From an uncultured Solirubrobacterales bacterium (GTDB taxonomy: Bacteria > Actinomycetota > Thermoleophilia > Solirubrobacterales > 70-9), in the NCBI GenBank assembly GCA_963729505.1, contig CAVSOA010000001.1:14342-78341 (forward strand): a DNA stretch of 64,000 nucleotides, in the 5' to 3' direction. The position numbers and the translations under genes are program-made. A model generated the notes under the pieces. The model saw nothing but the letters and a program-made list of their open reading frames with translations. It made no database searches and was not told where the DNA came from. Shown piece by piece: positions 13,350-26,480 of the stretch (positions are counted from its first letter, which is position 1; each line of letters begins with the position of its first letter).

Positions 13350-14757
13350 TGGCACTGGCGATCCGCAAGAACTTCGCGCTACATCGTCGCGATCGCCGTG
13401 CTGGTCGCGGTCGCCGCCGGCATCACGTACTACATCTTCCAGCAGCAGCGACTGCGGATCCCGATCCTCGAGGAGAAGCCCTTCGAGCTGAAGGCCGAGT
13501 TCGAGACGGCGCAGGCGGTCGTCCCCGGCCAGGGCCAGACGATCCGCGTCGCCGGCGTGCGCGTCGGCGACGTCTCCGGACGTCGAGCGTCGAGGGCGGC
13601 GTGGGCGTCGTGACCTTCGCAGATCGACCGCGAGTTCCTGCCGATCTACAAGGACGCCACGCTGCTGATGCGCCCGACCACCGGGCTCAAGGACATGTTC
13701 TTCCAGCTCGACCCGGGCAGCTCCAGGCCGCGGGCGAGTACGAGGAGGGCGAGACCGTCCCGGTCTCGAACACCGCGCCCGACGTGAACCTCGACGAGGT
13801 GCTCGAGGCGCTGGACTCCGACACGCAGGCCTATCTGAAGGTGCTGCTGGTCGGCGCCGGCAAGGGCCTGGAGGGGCGCGACGAGGATCTCGGCAAGGTG
13901 CTCGGCGGCCTCGGGCCCGATCAACGAGGACCTGCGCGAAGCTCAACAGCGAGGTCGCCACGCGCCAGCAGAACGTGCGGAACCTGGTCCACAACTTCAA
14001 CGTCCTCACCGGCCGCATCGCGCAGGCCGACGACGACCTCGTCGAGCTGGTCTCGACCTCCAACTCCGCCCTCGGCGCGATCGCCGAGCAGGACCCGAGC
14101 GTGCGCCGCGCCGTCCAGCTCCTCGGCCCGACGCTGACCCAGGCCGAGTCCACGCTGAACCAGGTCGCCGACTTCGCCGCGGTCGCTCGGCCCGACGTTC
14201 AACGACCTGCGGCCGTTCGCCCGCAACCTCGACGAGGCGAACGGCTCGCTCGAGACGCTGGCGCGCAGCGCCGACGCCGGTGCATCGAGAACGAGATCCG
14301 TCCGTTCGTGCGCGCCGCGCGCGAGCCGGTCCCGGACCTGCGCCGGGCGGCCGACCGACTACTCGAGCGCCGCGCCGCGCCTGACGGTCGTCGGCAAGAA
14401 GCTCAACAAGCTGACGAACATGGCCGCCAACAACCCCGACACGAACGGCGACGGCGACGGGCAGGACCCGACCGGTACGCCGAACCGCGACGAGGGCTAC
14501 CTGTTCTGGGCCGGCTGGCTCGGGCACAACGGCAACTTCATCTTCAACACGGCCGACGGCAACGGCCCGTTCCGCCGGATCTACTTCACCGCCGGCTGCA
14601 ACCAGCTGGTGAACATCCTCACCGGCGGCACCGGCGGCCTGATCCCGACGGCGCCGCCGCCGGCTGGCGAGGAGATCAACGCCCTGCTCCAGCAGGTGCG
14701 CGGTCTGATCAGCGGCGCCGGAACCCTGTTCGCCGCCGGAGGGCCTGTGCCGAGTAA
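13349..14757 (+). pseudogene. Mce/MlaD-domain protein 5 of 6 (heavily frame-disrupted; 3' end uncertain)
   Basis: TGATG junction at 13347-13351. Anchor IAVLVAVAAGITYYIF, then FELKAEFETAQAVVPGQGQTIRVAGVRVGDV. Pieces lie in ORFs 13349-14137, 13398-13613, 13975-14757 and 14420-15418. I count at least 8 frame changes. Confidence 0.7.
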
Positions 14758-14797
14758 TGGCCGCGCGCGACGACATCCGCCGGGAGGTGAGCGCCTG

Positions 14798-16397
14798 ATG
14801 CAGAAGCAGGCGCCCAGCGTCGGCCGCATCCTCATCGCCGTCGGCTTCACGCTGTCGTGCTTCGGGCTGATCCTGTTCCTGTGGATCGCCTTCGGCGGAC
14901 CGATCCCGCTGAAGCCCGAGAGCCTACAAGATCACCGCCTACTTCCCGGAGACGACCACGCTCGCCCGCGAGTCAGACGTGCGAATCGGCGGCGTCTCCG
15001 TGGGCAAGGTGAAGGACGATCGAGCTGGCGCCGCCCGAGTACCGGGTCGACGGGCAACGACACGACCGAGGCGACGCTCGAGATCCGGCCCGAGTTCGCG
15101 CCGATCGCCGAGGACACCAAGGCGATCCTGCGCCAGAAGACGCTGCTCGGCGAGACCTACATCGAGCTCACCCCCGGCACCGAGCCCGGCGGGCGAGGAG
15201 GTGCCGGTCTCGATCGGCGCCGCCGCCAACGTCTCCGACGCCGAGGCCGAGAACGTCGAAGACGCTCGAGGAGGGCGGGACCCTCGGCATCGAGCAGACC
15301 CAGGACGCGACGCAGATCGACGAGATCTTCAACGCGCTCGACGAGGACACGCGCGAGTCGTTCCAGCGCTGGCTCGCCAGCTCCGCCGACGCGATCGAGG
15401 GCCGGGGCCTCGACCTGAACGACGCGCTCGGCAACCTCGGCCCGTTCGTCGAGGACGCCGCCGAGCGTGCTGGAGATCCTGAACCGCCAGAAGGTCGCGC
15501 TGCAAGGGCCTCGTCCGCGACACCGGAACCGTGTTCGAGGCGCTCACCGAGCGCGACCAGGCGCTCGCCGGCGTGATCACCGGCTCGAACGAGACCTTCG
15601 AGGCGCTCGCCAGCGAGGACGAGGCGCTCGCCGAGTCGTTCCAGATCCTGCCCACCTTCGAGCGCGAGTCGCGCCTCACGTTCGACCGGCTGGACGAGTT
15701 CCAGGCCGACACCCGGCCGCTGATCCAGCAGCTGATCCCGATCGCCAACGACCTCTCGCCGACGCTGGCCTCGGTGCGCCGCCTCTCGCCCAGCCTGAAG
15801 AGCCTCTTCGAGGATCTCGACGTGCTGATCACCGTGTCCAAGACGGGCCTGCCCGGCGCTGGAGCGCACGCTGAACGGGCTGGCGCCCGGTGCTGGAGGC
15901 GCTCGATCCGTTCCTCGCCAACCTGAACCCGGTCCTCCGCTACCTGGAGTTCCAGAAGACCACGGTCACCGACTTCCTGGCCGGGCCCGGCGTCGCGCTG
16001 GCGAACTCGATCGACCCGGTCGATCCGGACCAGGCCGCGCCGCGCCACTACCTGCGCCAGCTCGGGTACCTCGGCGCCGAGACGCTCGGGCGTCCACGAG
16101 GTCGCGCCTGAACACGAACCGCTCCAACGGCTACCTCGCCCCCGGCGCGCTCACGGACTTCACCGCGACGTCGTCCGGGATGTTCCCCAGCTTCGACTGC
16201 CGCAACCTCGACTACGACGCCGACGACGGCTCCAGGCTCGCCGGAGGCGCTCAGCGAGGAGATCCACACCGCGGACGACCCGGACCCCGACGCCGCCGCG
16301 CCCGTCGGCGTCAGCCTTCGCCCCCTGCATCGTCGAGGAGCCCTTCCCCGGCGGCTTCGGCACCGGCCGCTTCCCGAACCTCTTCCCGGACCCCTAG
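14798..16397 (+). pseudogene. Mce/MlaD-domain protein 6 of 6 (heavily frame-disrupted)
   Basis: ATG 14798 opens MQKQAPSVGRILIAVGFTLSCFGLILFLWIAFGG. An alternative frame reads YKITAYFPETTTLARESDVRIGGVSVGKVKD. Later pieces include ORFs 15531-15926 and 15890-16111. The terminal segment ..CIVEEPFPGGFGTGRFPNLFPDP ends at TAG 16395-16397. Confidence 0.75.
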
Positions 16398-16432
16398 CCC
16401 GCTCGGCGCCATAGGATGCGGCCGCGAGCCGC

Positions 16433-16884
16433 ATGGAGGAGGGAAGACGGTGGCGCTGTTCAAGGACGCGGACGACGTGTATGCGACGCTCGGGCAAGCT
16501 GTTCACGGACCTCGCGGAGGACGAGGAGCTGGCGCCACGTTCAGCGAGGCGAACACGATCGTTCGCTACGCCTACAGCGACCCGGACGCTGCGATCACCG
16601 TCCGCCTTCAGGAGGGCCAGCCGACCGAGGTCGACTTCGGCGAGTCCGAGATGGAGCCCGAGGTGACGATGTCGATGGCCGCCGACGTCGGGCACCGGTT
16701 CTGGCTGGGGGGCGTGAACGTCACCGTCGCGCTGGCCCGCGGCGAGATCCGCGCGGTGGGCCCGGTCGCGAAGATCCTGAAGCTGGTGCCGCTCGCGAAG
16801 CCGGTGTTCCCGCGCTACCGGGCACAGCTCGAGGCGCAGGGCCGCACCGACCTGATCGAGGTCGCGGACGAGGGCGAGGCATGA
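16433..16884 (+). pseudogene. SCP2 sterol/lipid-carrier domain protein (three frame changes in the first 130 nt)
   Basis: Composite of ORFs 16433-16666 (f2) and 16180-16884 (f1): MEEG/KTVALFKDADDVYATLG/KLFTDLAEDEELAP/FSEANTIVRYAY...MSMAADVGHRFWLGGVNVTVALARGEIRAVGPVAKILKLVPLAKP. Confidence 0.7.
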
Positions 16885-17584
16885 GCGCGAAGGACGACGC
16901 CGGCGGCCTGGGCCGAGACGGTCCAGGAGGTCGGCAAGCGCCGCGAGCTCACCTACGACGCCGTCGGCGGCCTCAACCCGCGCGGCGGGCCCGCGGCGCT
17001 GTGCCCCGGCGGCACCAACCGGCTGGTCGGGCAGCTCTCCGAGGGCTTCTGGGGCGCCTCCTGCGATGCCGACGAGCGCGAGGAGGGTTCGCTGTTCACG
17101 CAAGGCGGTGCTGCCGCACGCCGTGCTCGCGAAGGCGCACGTGCCCGACCTGGCCCAGGCGATGCCGCCGTTCAACGTCGAATCGCTGGAGCGCAGCGCC
17201 GAGGACGTGATCGAGCGCCGCGCGACGCCGCCACAAGGTCCAGTTCGAGATCGATCGAGTTCAACAAGCGCTTCCTCGCGACGGTGCCCAGCGAGTACGA
17301 CCCGATCGCCCTGCGCGAGATGTTCGGGCCGGGCTTCCTCGACTGGGTGACGACGATCGACCGCGAGGTCGACTTCGGCGTCTCCGAGGGCCAGCTCTAC
17401 TTCCACTGGCGGCTGCGCGAGCGCACACGCGAGGAGTACGAGGCGGCGCTCGACTCCGGCGCCGGGCTGTTCACCCGCGTCTGCCGCGAGGTGGAGGAGC
17501 ACGGCGTCCACACCTACCAGCCCGGGCCCTGGCACGCCGGGCCTCGAACCGCTTCCCGGACGCTCAAGGAGCCCTCTCGGGTAG
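16881..17584 (+). pseudogene. Conserved hypothetical protein (frame-disrupted), ATGA-coupled to the SCP2 gene
   Basis: ATG 16881 overlaps the SCP2 stop. Coding-like pieces lie in ORFs 16416-17210, 17066-17350 and 17284-17727 (..EYDPIALREMFGPGFLDWVTTIDREVDFGVSEGQLYFHWRLRERTREEYEAAL..). I recognise no family. The 3' end is uncertain. Confidence 0.4.
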
Positions 17585-18188
17585 TCCGGGTCGCCGGGCA
17601 GCACGACGCGCCAGTCCTCGCGGGTGCCGATCACCTTCGGGAGGATCGGCTCGCCGCCGCGCTCGCGCGGCCGCGGCCAGCGCCGCCTCCGAGCTCTCGT
17701 ACGGCAGCAGGGTCTCGAGCGTCTTGATCGTCGGGAAGACCAGCTCGATCTCGCCGGCCGCGTGGCGGTCGAGCGCGTCGCGCGGGCTCATCCAGGCGAC
17801 CTCGGTGATCTCCGCGTCGTCCGGCCTTCGGGCTCGCGTGCGGCGGCGCCAGCGCGACGTAGAAGCGGGTGTCGAAGCGGACCGAGACCTCCTCGGGCGT
17901 GATCCAGCGGATCCACTGGTGCGAGCTCGGAGGGATCGACCTGCGAGCCCGACCTCCTCCTCGACCTCCCGCGCTCCGCAGACCCGGTACGCCTCGTCCT
18001 CGGCGTGGGCCTCCAGCTCCTCGGCGTCGACGGCGCCGCCCGGGAAAACCCACACGCCGGGCATGAAGCTGGCCTCCTCCGTTCGGCGTGCCGAACAGCA
18101 CCTCGAGGCCGCGATCGCCGTGCTTGCCGCCGCGCCGCAGCAGGATCACGGTCGAGGCCGGACGGGGCGTGGCGGGCTCGTCGTTCAT
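17564..18188 (-). pseudogene. Nudix hydrolase (frame-disrupted)
   Basis: ATG 18188 opens [21 protein letters not shown]. The Nudix box PGGAVDAEE...REVEEEVGL is in ORF 17564-18064. Pieces in ORF 17631-18284 include WITPEEVSVRFDTRFYVALAP. Confidence 0.65.
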
Positions 18189-18228
18189 CGGGGCCGAACG
18201 CAATCTATCCGCGATACCCTGCCGCGCG

Positions 18229-18415
18229 ATGGAGGCAGGCACGCAGACCAAGCAGCTGTGGGTCTGCACCTCGTGCGGGTTCATCTACGACCCCGACGAG
18301 GGCGACCCCGACGGCGGCATCCCGCCGGGCACCCCCTTCAACGAGATCCCCGACAGCTGGTTCTGCCCCGTCTGCGGCGCCCGCAAGGCCGGACTTCGAG
18401 CCCTACGAGGACTAG
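18229..18415 (+). pseudogene. Rubredoxin (single frame change about 25 nt before the stop)
   Basis: [54 protein letters not shown], then DFEPYED* in the frame of ORF 18005-18415. Two CxxC pairs are present. Confidence 0.85.
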
Positions 18416-18587
18416 CGGCACCCTAGGTGGGCCGGGGTCGGCCGCCGGGGGCGGGCATCCGGCCCTGCCCGAACAGGCATCTATGCCGGCAGATCCCCGA
18501 GGCGCCACCGGCTCGGTGCAGGATTCAGCCGCCCGGGGCCGCACAGCCGTCACTCGCGCGCATGCTGGGCGCGGCCCGCCCAGGGCG

Positions 18588-19842
18588 CTACTCGTCCAGC
18601 GCGCGGTCGCGGGCGCGGCCGTGCGGGTGCGGAGACGAGGGCGACGCAGGGCCGACCAGGGCCAGGGGCAGCAGGACCGCCCCGGCGATGACGACCACGC
18701 CGGCGGCGGTGGTGAGCACGTCGCCCGGCGTCCTCGATCGCCTCGTCGATGCCCCAGTCGCCGTCGTCGCCGGCGCCCTCCTCGGCCACGATCGAGACCG
18801 TGACCGGGACGAGCTGCACGCGCTGGCGGTCGTCCTCGAGCTCGGCGCGCGTGGCCTGAAGCTGTGCGTTGACCGAGTCGAGCTGGCGGCGGAGGACCTC
18901 GGCCTCGGCCTCGGTGTCGGCGTCGGCGAGCTGGTTGAGGATGCTCTCGCGCTCGGCGTCCAGCTCCTCGATCCGCTCCTGCGCGCTGACGAACTGGCCG
19001 GTGATGTCCTCGGTGCTCTCCGTGCGCGACTGGACGTGGGCGAGCTCGGAGAGGTCCGCCAGCGCCGGCTGGAGGTTGCCGGCCGGGATGCGCAGCTGGA
19101 ACTGCGAGCTCGCAGCGCCGGCTCTCCCCGTCGCCGCTCTGCACCGAGGAGGAGACGACGATGCCCGCGGTAGCGGTTGGTCGACCTCGTTGACGCCGTC
19201 GGAGACCTCGCGAACCTCCTCGGGCTCGGTGGCGAGGGTGAGGTCGGCGGTGCTGGACGACCTTGCGGTCGTCGGGGTCGGCCTGCTTCGAGCTCGTCTT
19301 GCGGGAAGCCGGTCACGTCGCTCGTCCTCGACGCGCCTCCTTGGTCGACGCCACGCCGCTCGGCGGTGCCGCCTCCGGGCAGCGGCGCTCGCTCGCCCTC
19401 GGCTGCTCTGGCCGACGTCCGAGGGCCGAGTCGCTGCTGTCCGAGGTGGCGGCGTCGTCGCTGCCCGACTGCGGCCCGCCGCCTGCGGAGATCGCGATGC
19501 CCGACGACCACGACCAGCGTCGCCACGGCGCCGACCGGCGCGATCAGCTCGCGCGGCGAGGACCCGGCGAACCGCTCGCGCCGCCGCCGCGGCGTCGCTG
19601 CCCGGGGCTGGGCCGGCGGCGCTCCGCGCGCGCGAAGCCGCTCGCCGCCCAGCGGTCGAGCTGGGCGGCGAAGGCCGGGTGGGCTCGGCGCGCTCGGCAT
19701 GGAGCTCGCGAGCGAGTTGGGCGAGCTTGGGCGTCGTCGGAGGCACGGGGCCGCCGGACAGCGCGGCGTCGATCACGGCGAGCTCGGCCTCGACCTCGGG
19801 GTCCAGCGTCTCGTCGGTGCGGAACCTCTCAGGCAGCTTCAT
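18588..19842 (-). pseudogene. Putative anti-sigma factor with a DUF4349-like extracytoplasmic domain and C-terminal TM segment (frame-disrupted)
   Basis: ORF 18550-19842 overlaps the sigma-factor stop by 14 nt. The central segment is FQLRIPAGNLQPALADLSELAHVQSRTESTEDITGQFVSAQERIEELDAERESILNQL...RVQLVPVTVSIV. The tail is hydrophobic (VLTTAAGVVVIAGAVLLPLALVG). The family call is from memory of DUF4349 architecture. Confidence 0.5.
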
Positions 19843-20365
19843 CGCAGGCCCTCCTCAGCTTCTCGATCACACGGTGAAGCCGGGTGCCGGCGTTGCTCTC
19901 GCTGGTGCCGATCACGGCGCGATCTCGGCGTTGGAGAGCCCGGCGAAGAACTTGAGCGCGACCAGCTCGCGCTCGCGCGGCGCGAGCTGCGGCCATCGCC
20001 GGCGCAGGGCGGCGCGGCGCAGCGCCACGTCGGCGCTCTCGGCGGGATCCGGCGCGTCCGGGTCGGCGACGTCGTCGGCCAGCTCGGCCTGGCGCTTGCG
20101 GCGGCGCAGCTCGTCGAGCGCGGCGTTGCGGGCGATCCCGAACAGCCAGGCCCGCCGCGTGCCCCGCCTCGGGTCGAAGCTGCGGCGCCGCCGGAACGCC
20201 CGCTCGAACGCCGAGCGCGGTCACGTCCTCGGCGGCCGAGCGGTCGCGCAGCAGGCCGCTGACGTAGGCGAACACGTCGTCGCGGCTCTCGCGGTAGAGC
20301 GCCTCGAAGCGCCGTCGCCTCGTCCTCGGGGCCTCGGTGGCGGGCGCGGTCAGCGTCTGCTCCAT
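19829..20365 (-). pseudogene. ECF-type RNA polymerase sigma-70 factor (frame-disrupted in the middle)
   Basis: ORF 19829-20365 has FEALYRESRDDVFAYVSGLLRDRSAAEDVTA (region 2) and VIGTSESNAGTRLHRVIEKLR (region 4 HTH). Alternative frames restore ARAWLFGIARNAALDELRRRKR. Confidence 0.8.
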
Positions 20366-20487
20366 GTCCCCACTACGGCGCCAGCGGCGGTTTCATCACA
20401 CTCCCGGGCCGATCCGAGGGTGATTCTGTGCTCCGCAGCCAGTGGTGCGATGGCGACGCCATCTGGCCCGACGGCGACTGAGCCGGC

Positions 20488-22565
<2,078 letters not shown>

Positions 22566-22569
<4 letters not shown>

Positions 22570-23205
22570 GCCGCCTCGATGGCGCTCCTTGATCGCCGCG
22601 CCGCCGCCGCTGAGCACAGGCGGCCCGTGCGAGACGAGGACCCGCTCGACCGGGAGCTCGAGCAGCGGGCGCAGGGCGCGCGCGAGATCGGCGGACGAGA
22701 CCATGCCCGATCCGAGGTAGCCGAGCCACGACGGTGGGCAGAGGCGAAGCTCGCCCGCGCGCTCGCCGCCGAGCAGCCGATCGCCGGCGACGAGCGCCCG
22801 CGGGCCCGGGAAGCCAGAACATCGTCTCGCCGGCGCCGCGGATCGGGATCGCCTCCACGCCCGCCGGGAGAGCCGCCTCGGCCCGCGACGTCTCGGCGCC
22901 GTAGCGCTCGACCACGGCGTCGCGGCTGCGCCGGTGCCACTTGATCGTGTTCAGCGCCAGCACCCGGCCGCCCGCCTCGGCGGCGCGCTCGTCGAGCCAG
23001 CTCCACAGCGCGTCGGCGCCCTCCGGGCACCAGCGCGTCGATCAGCACCAGCGCGTCCGCGGCGCTGCGTAGGCGACGCTGCCGACCTCGCGCGGCCAGT
23101 CGGCGGTGCTGCCCGGGCTTCGCGCCCGCGCGTCCACTCCGGGTGCCCGGCGGTCCAGCGCCAGAGTCCGTCGTCGATCTCGGTGATGTCGGCCGGCGCC
23201 AGCAC
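22566..23205 (-). pseudogene. Uncharacterised protein embedded in the bio operon (possibly MBL-fold-like hydrolase; frame-disrupted)
   Basis: Pieces lie in ORFs 22951-23205 (MLAPADITEIDDGLWRWTAGHPEWTRG), 22139-22963 (VLALNTIKWHRRSRDAVVERYGAE...AIPIRGAGETMFWLPGP) and 21862-22704 (DLARALRPLLELPVERVLVSHGPPVL). The fold guess rests on recalled similarity only. Confidence 0.4.
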
Positions 23206-23227
23206 GCCGCCACTCTACGAGGGCGGT

Positions 23228-24463
23228 TCAGGCGGCGCGGTCCACGCGGCCGTGCTCGCCGGTCGAGCGCCCGTCCCGGCTGGCGGGTCGGCGATGCCCA
23301 GCTCGCGCGCCGAGCTGCCCGATCACGCGCGCCGCGGCGCGCAGCTCGTCGGCGCGAGTGCGTGGCCATCACGGCCAGCCGCAGGCGCGACGTGCCCTCG
23401 GGCACGGTCGGCGGCCGGATCGCCTGGGCGAAGACGCCGCGCTCGAGCGCGTGCTCGCACAGCGCCATCGCCCGGCGCGCGTCGCCGACCATCACCGGGA
23501 CGATCTGCGTGCGGGAGCCGCCGAGGTCGAGCCCGTAGGCGCCGAGCGCCTCGCGGAGCGATCGCGGCGTTGCGGCGCAGCTGCTCGACGATCCCGGGCG
23601 CGCTCGCGCAGGATCGCCAGGGCCGCCAGCGCGGCGCCGACCGAGGGCGGCGGGGGGGCGGTCGAGTAGATGAACGGGCGCGCCGTGTTGACGAGCAGCT
23701 CGGCGACCTGGCTGCGAGGTGCAGACGTAGGCGCCGTAGCCGCCCAGCGCCTTGCCGAGCGTGCCGACGATCACGTCCACCTCGCCCGGAGAGCCCCGCC
23801 GCCGCGACCGCGCCGCGCCCGCCCGGGCCCAGGGCGCCGGTGCCGTGGGCCTCGTCGACCATCAGCATGCAGCCGGTGGCGCTCGGGCCAGCTCGTGGAG
23901 GTCCGGCAGCGGCGCGACGTCGCCGTCCATCGAGAAGACGCTGTCGGTGACGATCAGCGCGGCGCGCGAGCCGGCGCGGCGCAGCCCCCACTCGAGGTGC
24001 TCGGTGTCGCGATGGCGGTAGACGAAGACCTCGGCCCGGCTCAGCCGGCAGCCGTCGATGATGCTCGCGTGGTTGAGCTCGTCGGAGAAGACGACCTCGC
24101 CGCTTGCCCGACGAGCGCCGCCACCGTCCCGGTGTTCGCCAGGTAGCCCGAGCCGAACAGCAGCGCCGCCTCGGTGCCCTTGAAGTCCGCGAGGCGCTGC
24201 TCGAGCGTGCGGTGCAGCGACATCGTCCCCGAGATCAGGCGCGAGGCGCCGGCGCCCGCGCCGTAGCGTTCCGCGGCCTCGGCGGCCGCGGTCGCGCACC
24301 TTGGGGTGGTCGGCGAGCCCGAGGTAGTTGTTGGAGCACAGCAGCAGCACCTCGCCGCCGTCCAGGCAGGACCCGCGGGCCCTGCGGCCCCTCGATCAGT
24401 CCGCAGCCGGCGGTGAAGCCCGCGGCGCCGCAGCTCGGCGAGCCGCGCGGCGACGTCGTTCAC
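23228..24463 (-). pseudogene. bioF: 8-amino-7-oxononanoate synthase (frame-disrupted)
   Basis: Pieces lie in ORFs 24041-24463, 23862-24350, 23323-23991 and 22566-23780. Motifs: [78 protein letters not shown] (PLP Lys). Confidence 0.9.
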
Positions 24464-25625
24464 GCGGCTGCGGGTCCCGGCGTCCCCGCCCCCGTCGGCC
24501 GCGTTCGGGTAGGGCGGGCGGCTTGCCCTTCTGTCTTGATCACCCGAAGCTGCGTCGAGGGGTCCCAGAAGTTCGCCTCCGCCTGGCTGTCGATCAGCTC
24601 GTCGACCGGCGTGCGCGGGCGTCGTCGCCCTCGAGCCAGCCGTCGCGGTTGTCGGGCCGCGGGTTGGCGCCGTTGTCGTCCTGGCGGGCGACGTTCAGCC
24701 CGAGGTCCTCGAACATCTCGCGGTCGTCGGCCGGCTCGGCGCCGAGCGTGGTCAGGAAGTTGCCCATCATCACGCCGTTCAGCCCGGCCTTGACCGCGAG
24801 CGGCTGGAGCTCGTGCAGGTTCTCCACCCGGCCGCCGCAGAGGCGGAAGAGCGCGTCGGGAAGGATCAGCCGGAAGATCGCGACCCACTTGACGACGTCC
24901 CACGGGTCCATCAGCGTCGCGGTCGCCGAACTTCGTGCCGGTCCGGGGGTTGAGCAGGTTGATCGGCACCGAGGTGGGGTTGATCTCGGCCAGCTCGAAC
25001 GCCATCTCGACCCGCTGGCGCGGGGATCTCGCCGAGGTTGAGGATGCCGCCGACGCAGGTCTCGAGGCCGGCCTCGCTCACGGCGTCGATCGTGCGGATC
25101 CGGCCCTCGTAGCGGACCGTCGTGGTGACCTCGTCGTAGTAGGAGCGGGCGGTCTCGACGTTGTGGTGGACGCGCTGGACGCCGGCGTCGGCAAGCCGCT
25201 GGGCGCGCTCGGGGGAGATGTGGCCGACCGAGACGCAGCGCTTCAGGTTCGTGTTCTCGGCGACCAGCTTCGCGCCCTCCACGATCGACTCGAAGTCGCG
25301 CTTCGAGAGGCCCTGGCCCTGGGTGACCATGCAGAAGCGGTGCGCCCCGGCGGCCTCGGCGGCGCGGGCGTGCTCGAGGATCTGCTCCGGGCTCATCATC
25401 GCGTGCATCGGCGTGTCGGCCTCGGCGTAGCGCGACTGGGCGCAGAAGCCGCAGTCCTCGGCGCAGCCGCCGGACTTCGCGTTGACCAGCGAGCACATGT
25501 CGGTCGAGTCGCCGAAGCGCTCGCGTGCGCACCGCCCACGCGCGCTCGACGAGATCGCCGATGTCGTCGTGGTCGGTCAGCTCGCCCAGCGCGAGCGCCT
25601 CATCGAAGCTGATCAAGGACGCCAT
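24460..25625 (-). pseudogene. bioB: Biotin synthase (radical SAM; frame-disrupted)
   Basis: ORFs 24594-25625, 24911-25498 and 24460-25005. Motifs: CSLVNAKSGGCAEDCGFCAQS (CxxxCxxC), [28 protein letters not shown] overlap with the bioF start. Confidence 0.9.
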
Positions 25626-25661
25626 CCTGCGCCCGCAAGGCTAGGCGTGGCCTCGGACGGC

Positions 25662-26442
25662 CTACGCGTACCCGAACTCGGCGAGGCCCTCGGCGCCGGC
25701 CGCGACGACCGCCGCGAGCTCCGCATGATCGTGGCAGGCGCCAGCGCCCGATCTCGAGCGACGGCACGACCAGCTCGCTGCGCCCTCGCGACGGCCGGGT
25801 CGGGGTCGGCCTCGAGGTGCGCGAGGAGCCGGGCGATGGTCCGCTCGGGCTCCGCGCAGAGGTCCTCGTAGCGGATGACGAGGTGGCGGCCCTCCATGAA
25901 GCGGCGGCCGTAGGCGGCCGCCGCGACGTTCACGCGCGACCACAGCGCGATCGAGCGGACCGGCTGGGGGGTGTCCGGGTCGAGGTCGCCGAGCAGCGCC
26001 GGGCCCAGGGCCTCCAGCTGATTCTGGTTCTGCGAGTACGCCATGTCGCGGCCGTCGCGCACCAGCTGGATCGCGTAGGAGTCGCGGAAGACGTGATGGA
26101 TAGCCGGGAGGACGAAGATCGTGCGGGGGGCCTTCCAGCCCCAGCGGGCGCCTGGGGCCGGGATGCCCTGCCGCTGCTCCTTCAGGGCCGCCAGCAGGTC
26201 GCCGACCATCGCGGGGTCCGGGCGGCCGGCGGACCTTGTCGCCGTCGAGCCACCCTGTGACCGTCACGTACTCCTCCGGCCAGCGGCGCAGGAACGGCTC
26301 GAGGGCCAGGGCATCGCTGGCTCGGTTCAGCCGCGAGCCCAGGTACATGCCCCCGGCCTTCAGGATCCCCGCGATCGCACGGCGTGCCGGAGCCGCCCGT
26401 TCCGAACGAGACCACCGGCGGCGGCGCAGAGCGAATGCTCAT
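25662..26442 (-). pseudogene. Sulfotransferase-family protein (frame-disrupted)
   Basis: ATG 26442 opens MSIRSAPPPVVSFGTGGSGT (PAPS 5'-phosphosulfate-binding-like loop). ORFs 25662-26348 and 25613-26209 contribute WGWKAPRTIFVLPAIHHVFRDSYAIQLVRDGRDMAYSQNQ and LVIRYEDLCAEPERTIARLLAHLE. Confidence 0.55.
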
Positions 26443-26480
26443 TCGGTCGATCAGGCGAGGAGAAGTCGACTCCAAGCGGC

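Noticed and set aside
14757-14798. A 13-codon mini-ORF (MAARDDIRREVSA) between mce5 and mce6 with TAATG and TGATG junctions.
   Set aside because: The surrounding genes change frame repeatedly. The mini-ORF is most likely the frame-shifted C-terminus of mce5. There is no independent support for it.
16048-17634. Very long ORFs antisense to, or out of frame with, recognised genes. Examples: 16048-17634 (-), 48385-50436 (-), 58757-60514 (-), 18869-20596 (+), 26121-27815 (+), 28575-29798 (-), 60545-61708 (-), 50130-51083 (-).
   Set aside because: Their translations are Arg/Ala/Gly/Pro-rich low-complexity sequence with no motifs. They overlap genes with clear family signatures. Stop-poor shadow frames are expected at ~70% GC.
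18416-18587. GC-rich stem-loops between the rubredoxin gene and the convergent anti-sigma gene as intrinsic terminators or a small RNA.
   Set aside because: Several short imperfect stems are possible in any GC-rich spacer. None has a U-tract or a counterpart elsewhere in the window, so I cannot support a call.
25626-25661. A search for a biotin-operon operator (BirA/BioQ/BioR type) or a riboswitch upstream of bioB.
   Set aside because: Only 36 nt separate bioB from the upstream same-strand gene. I found no TGAAC-N3-GTTCA-like or other palindrome there.
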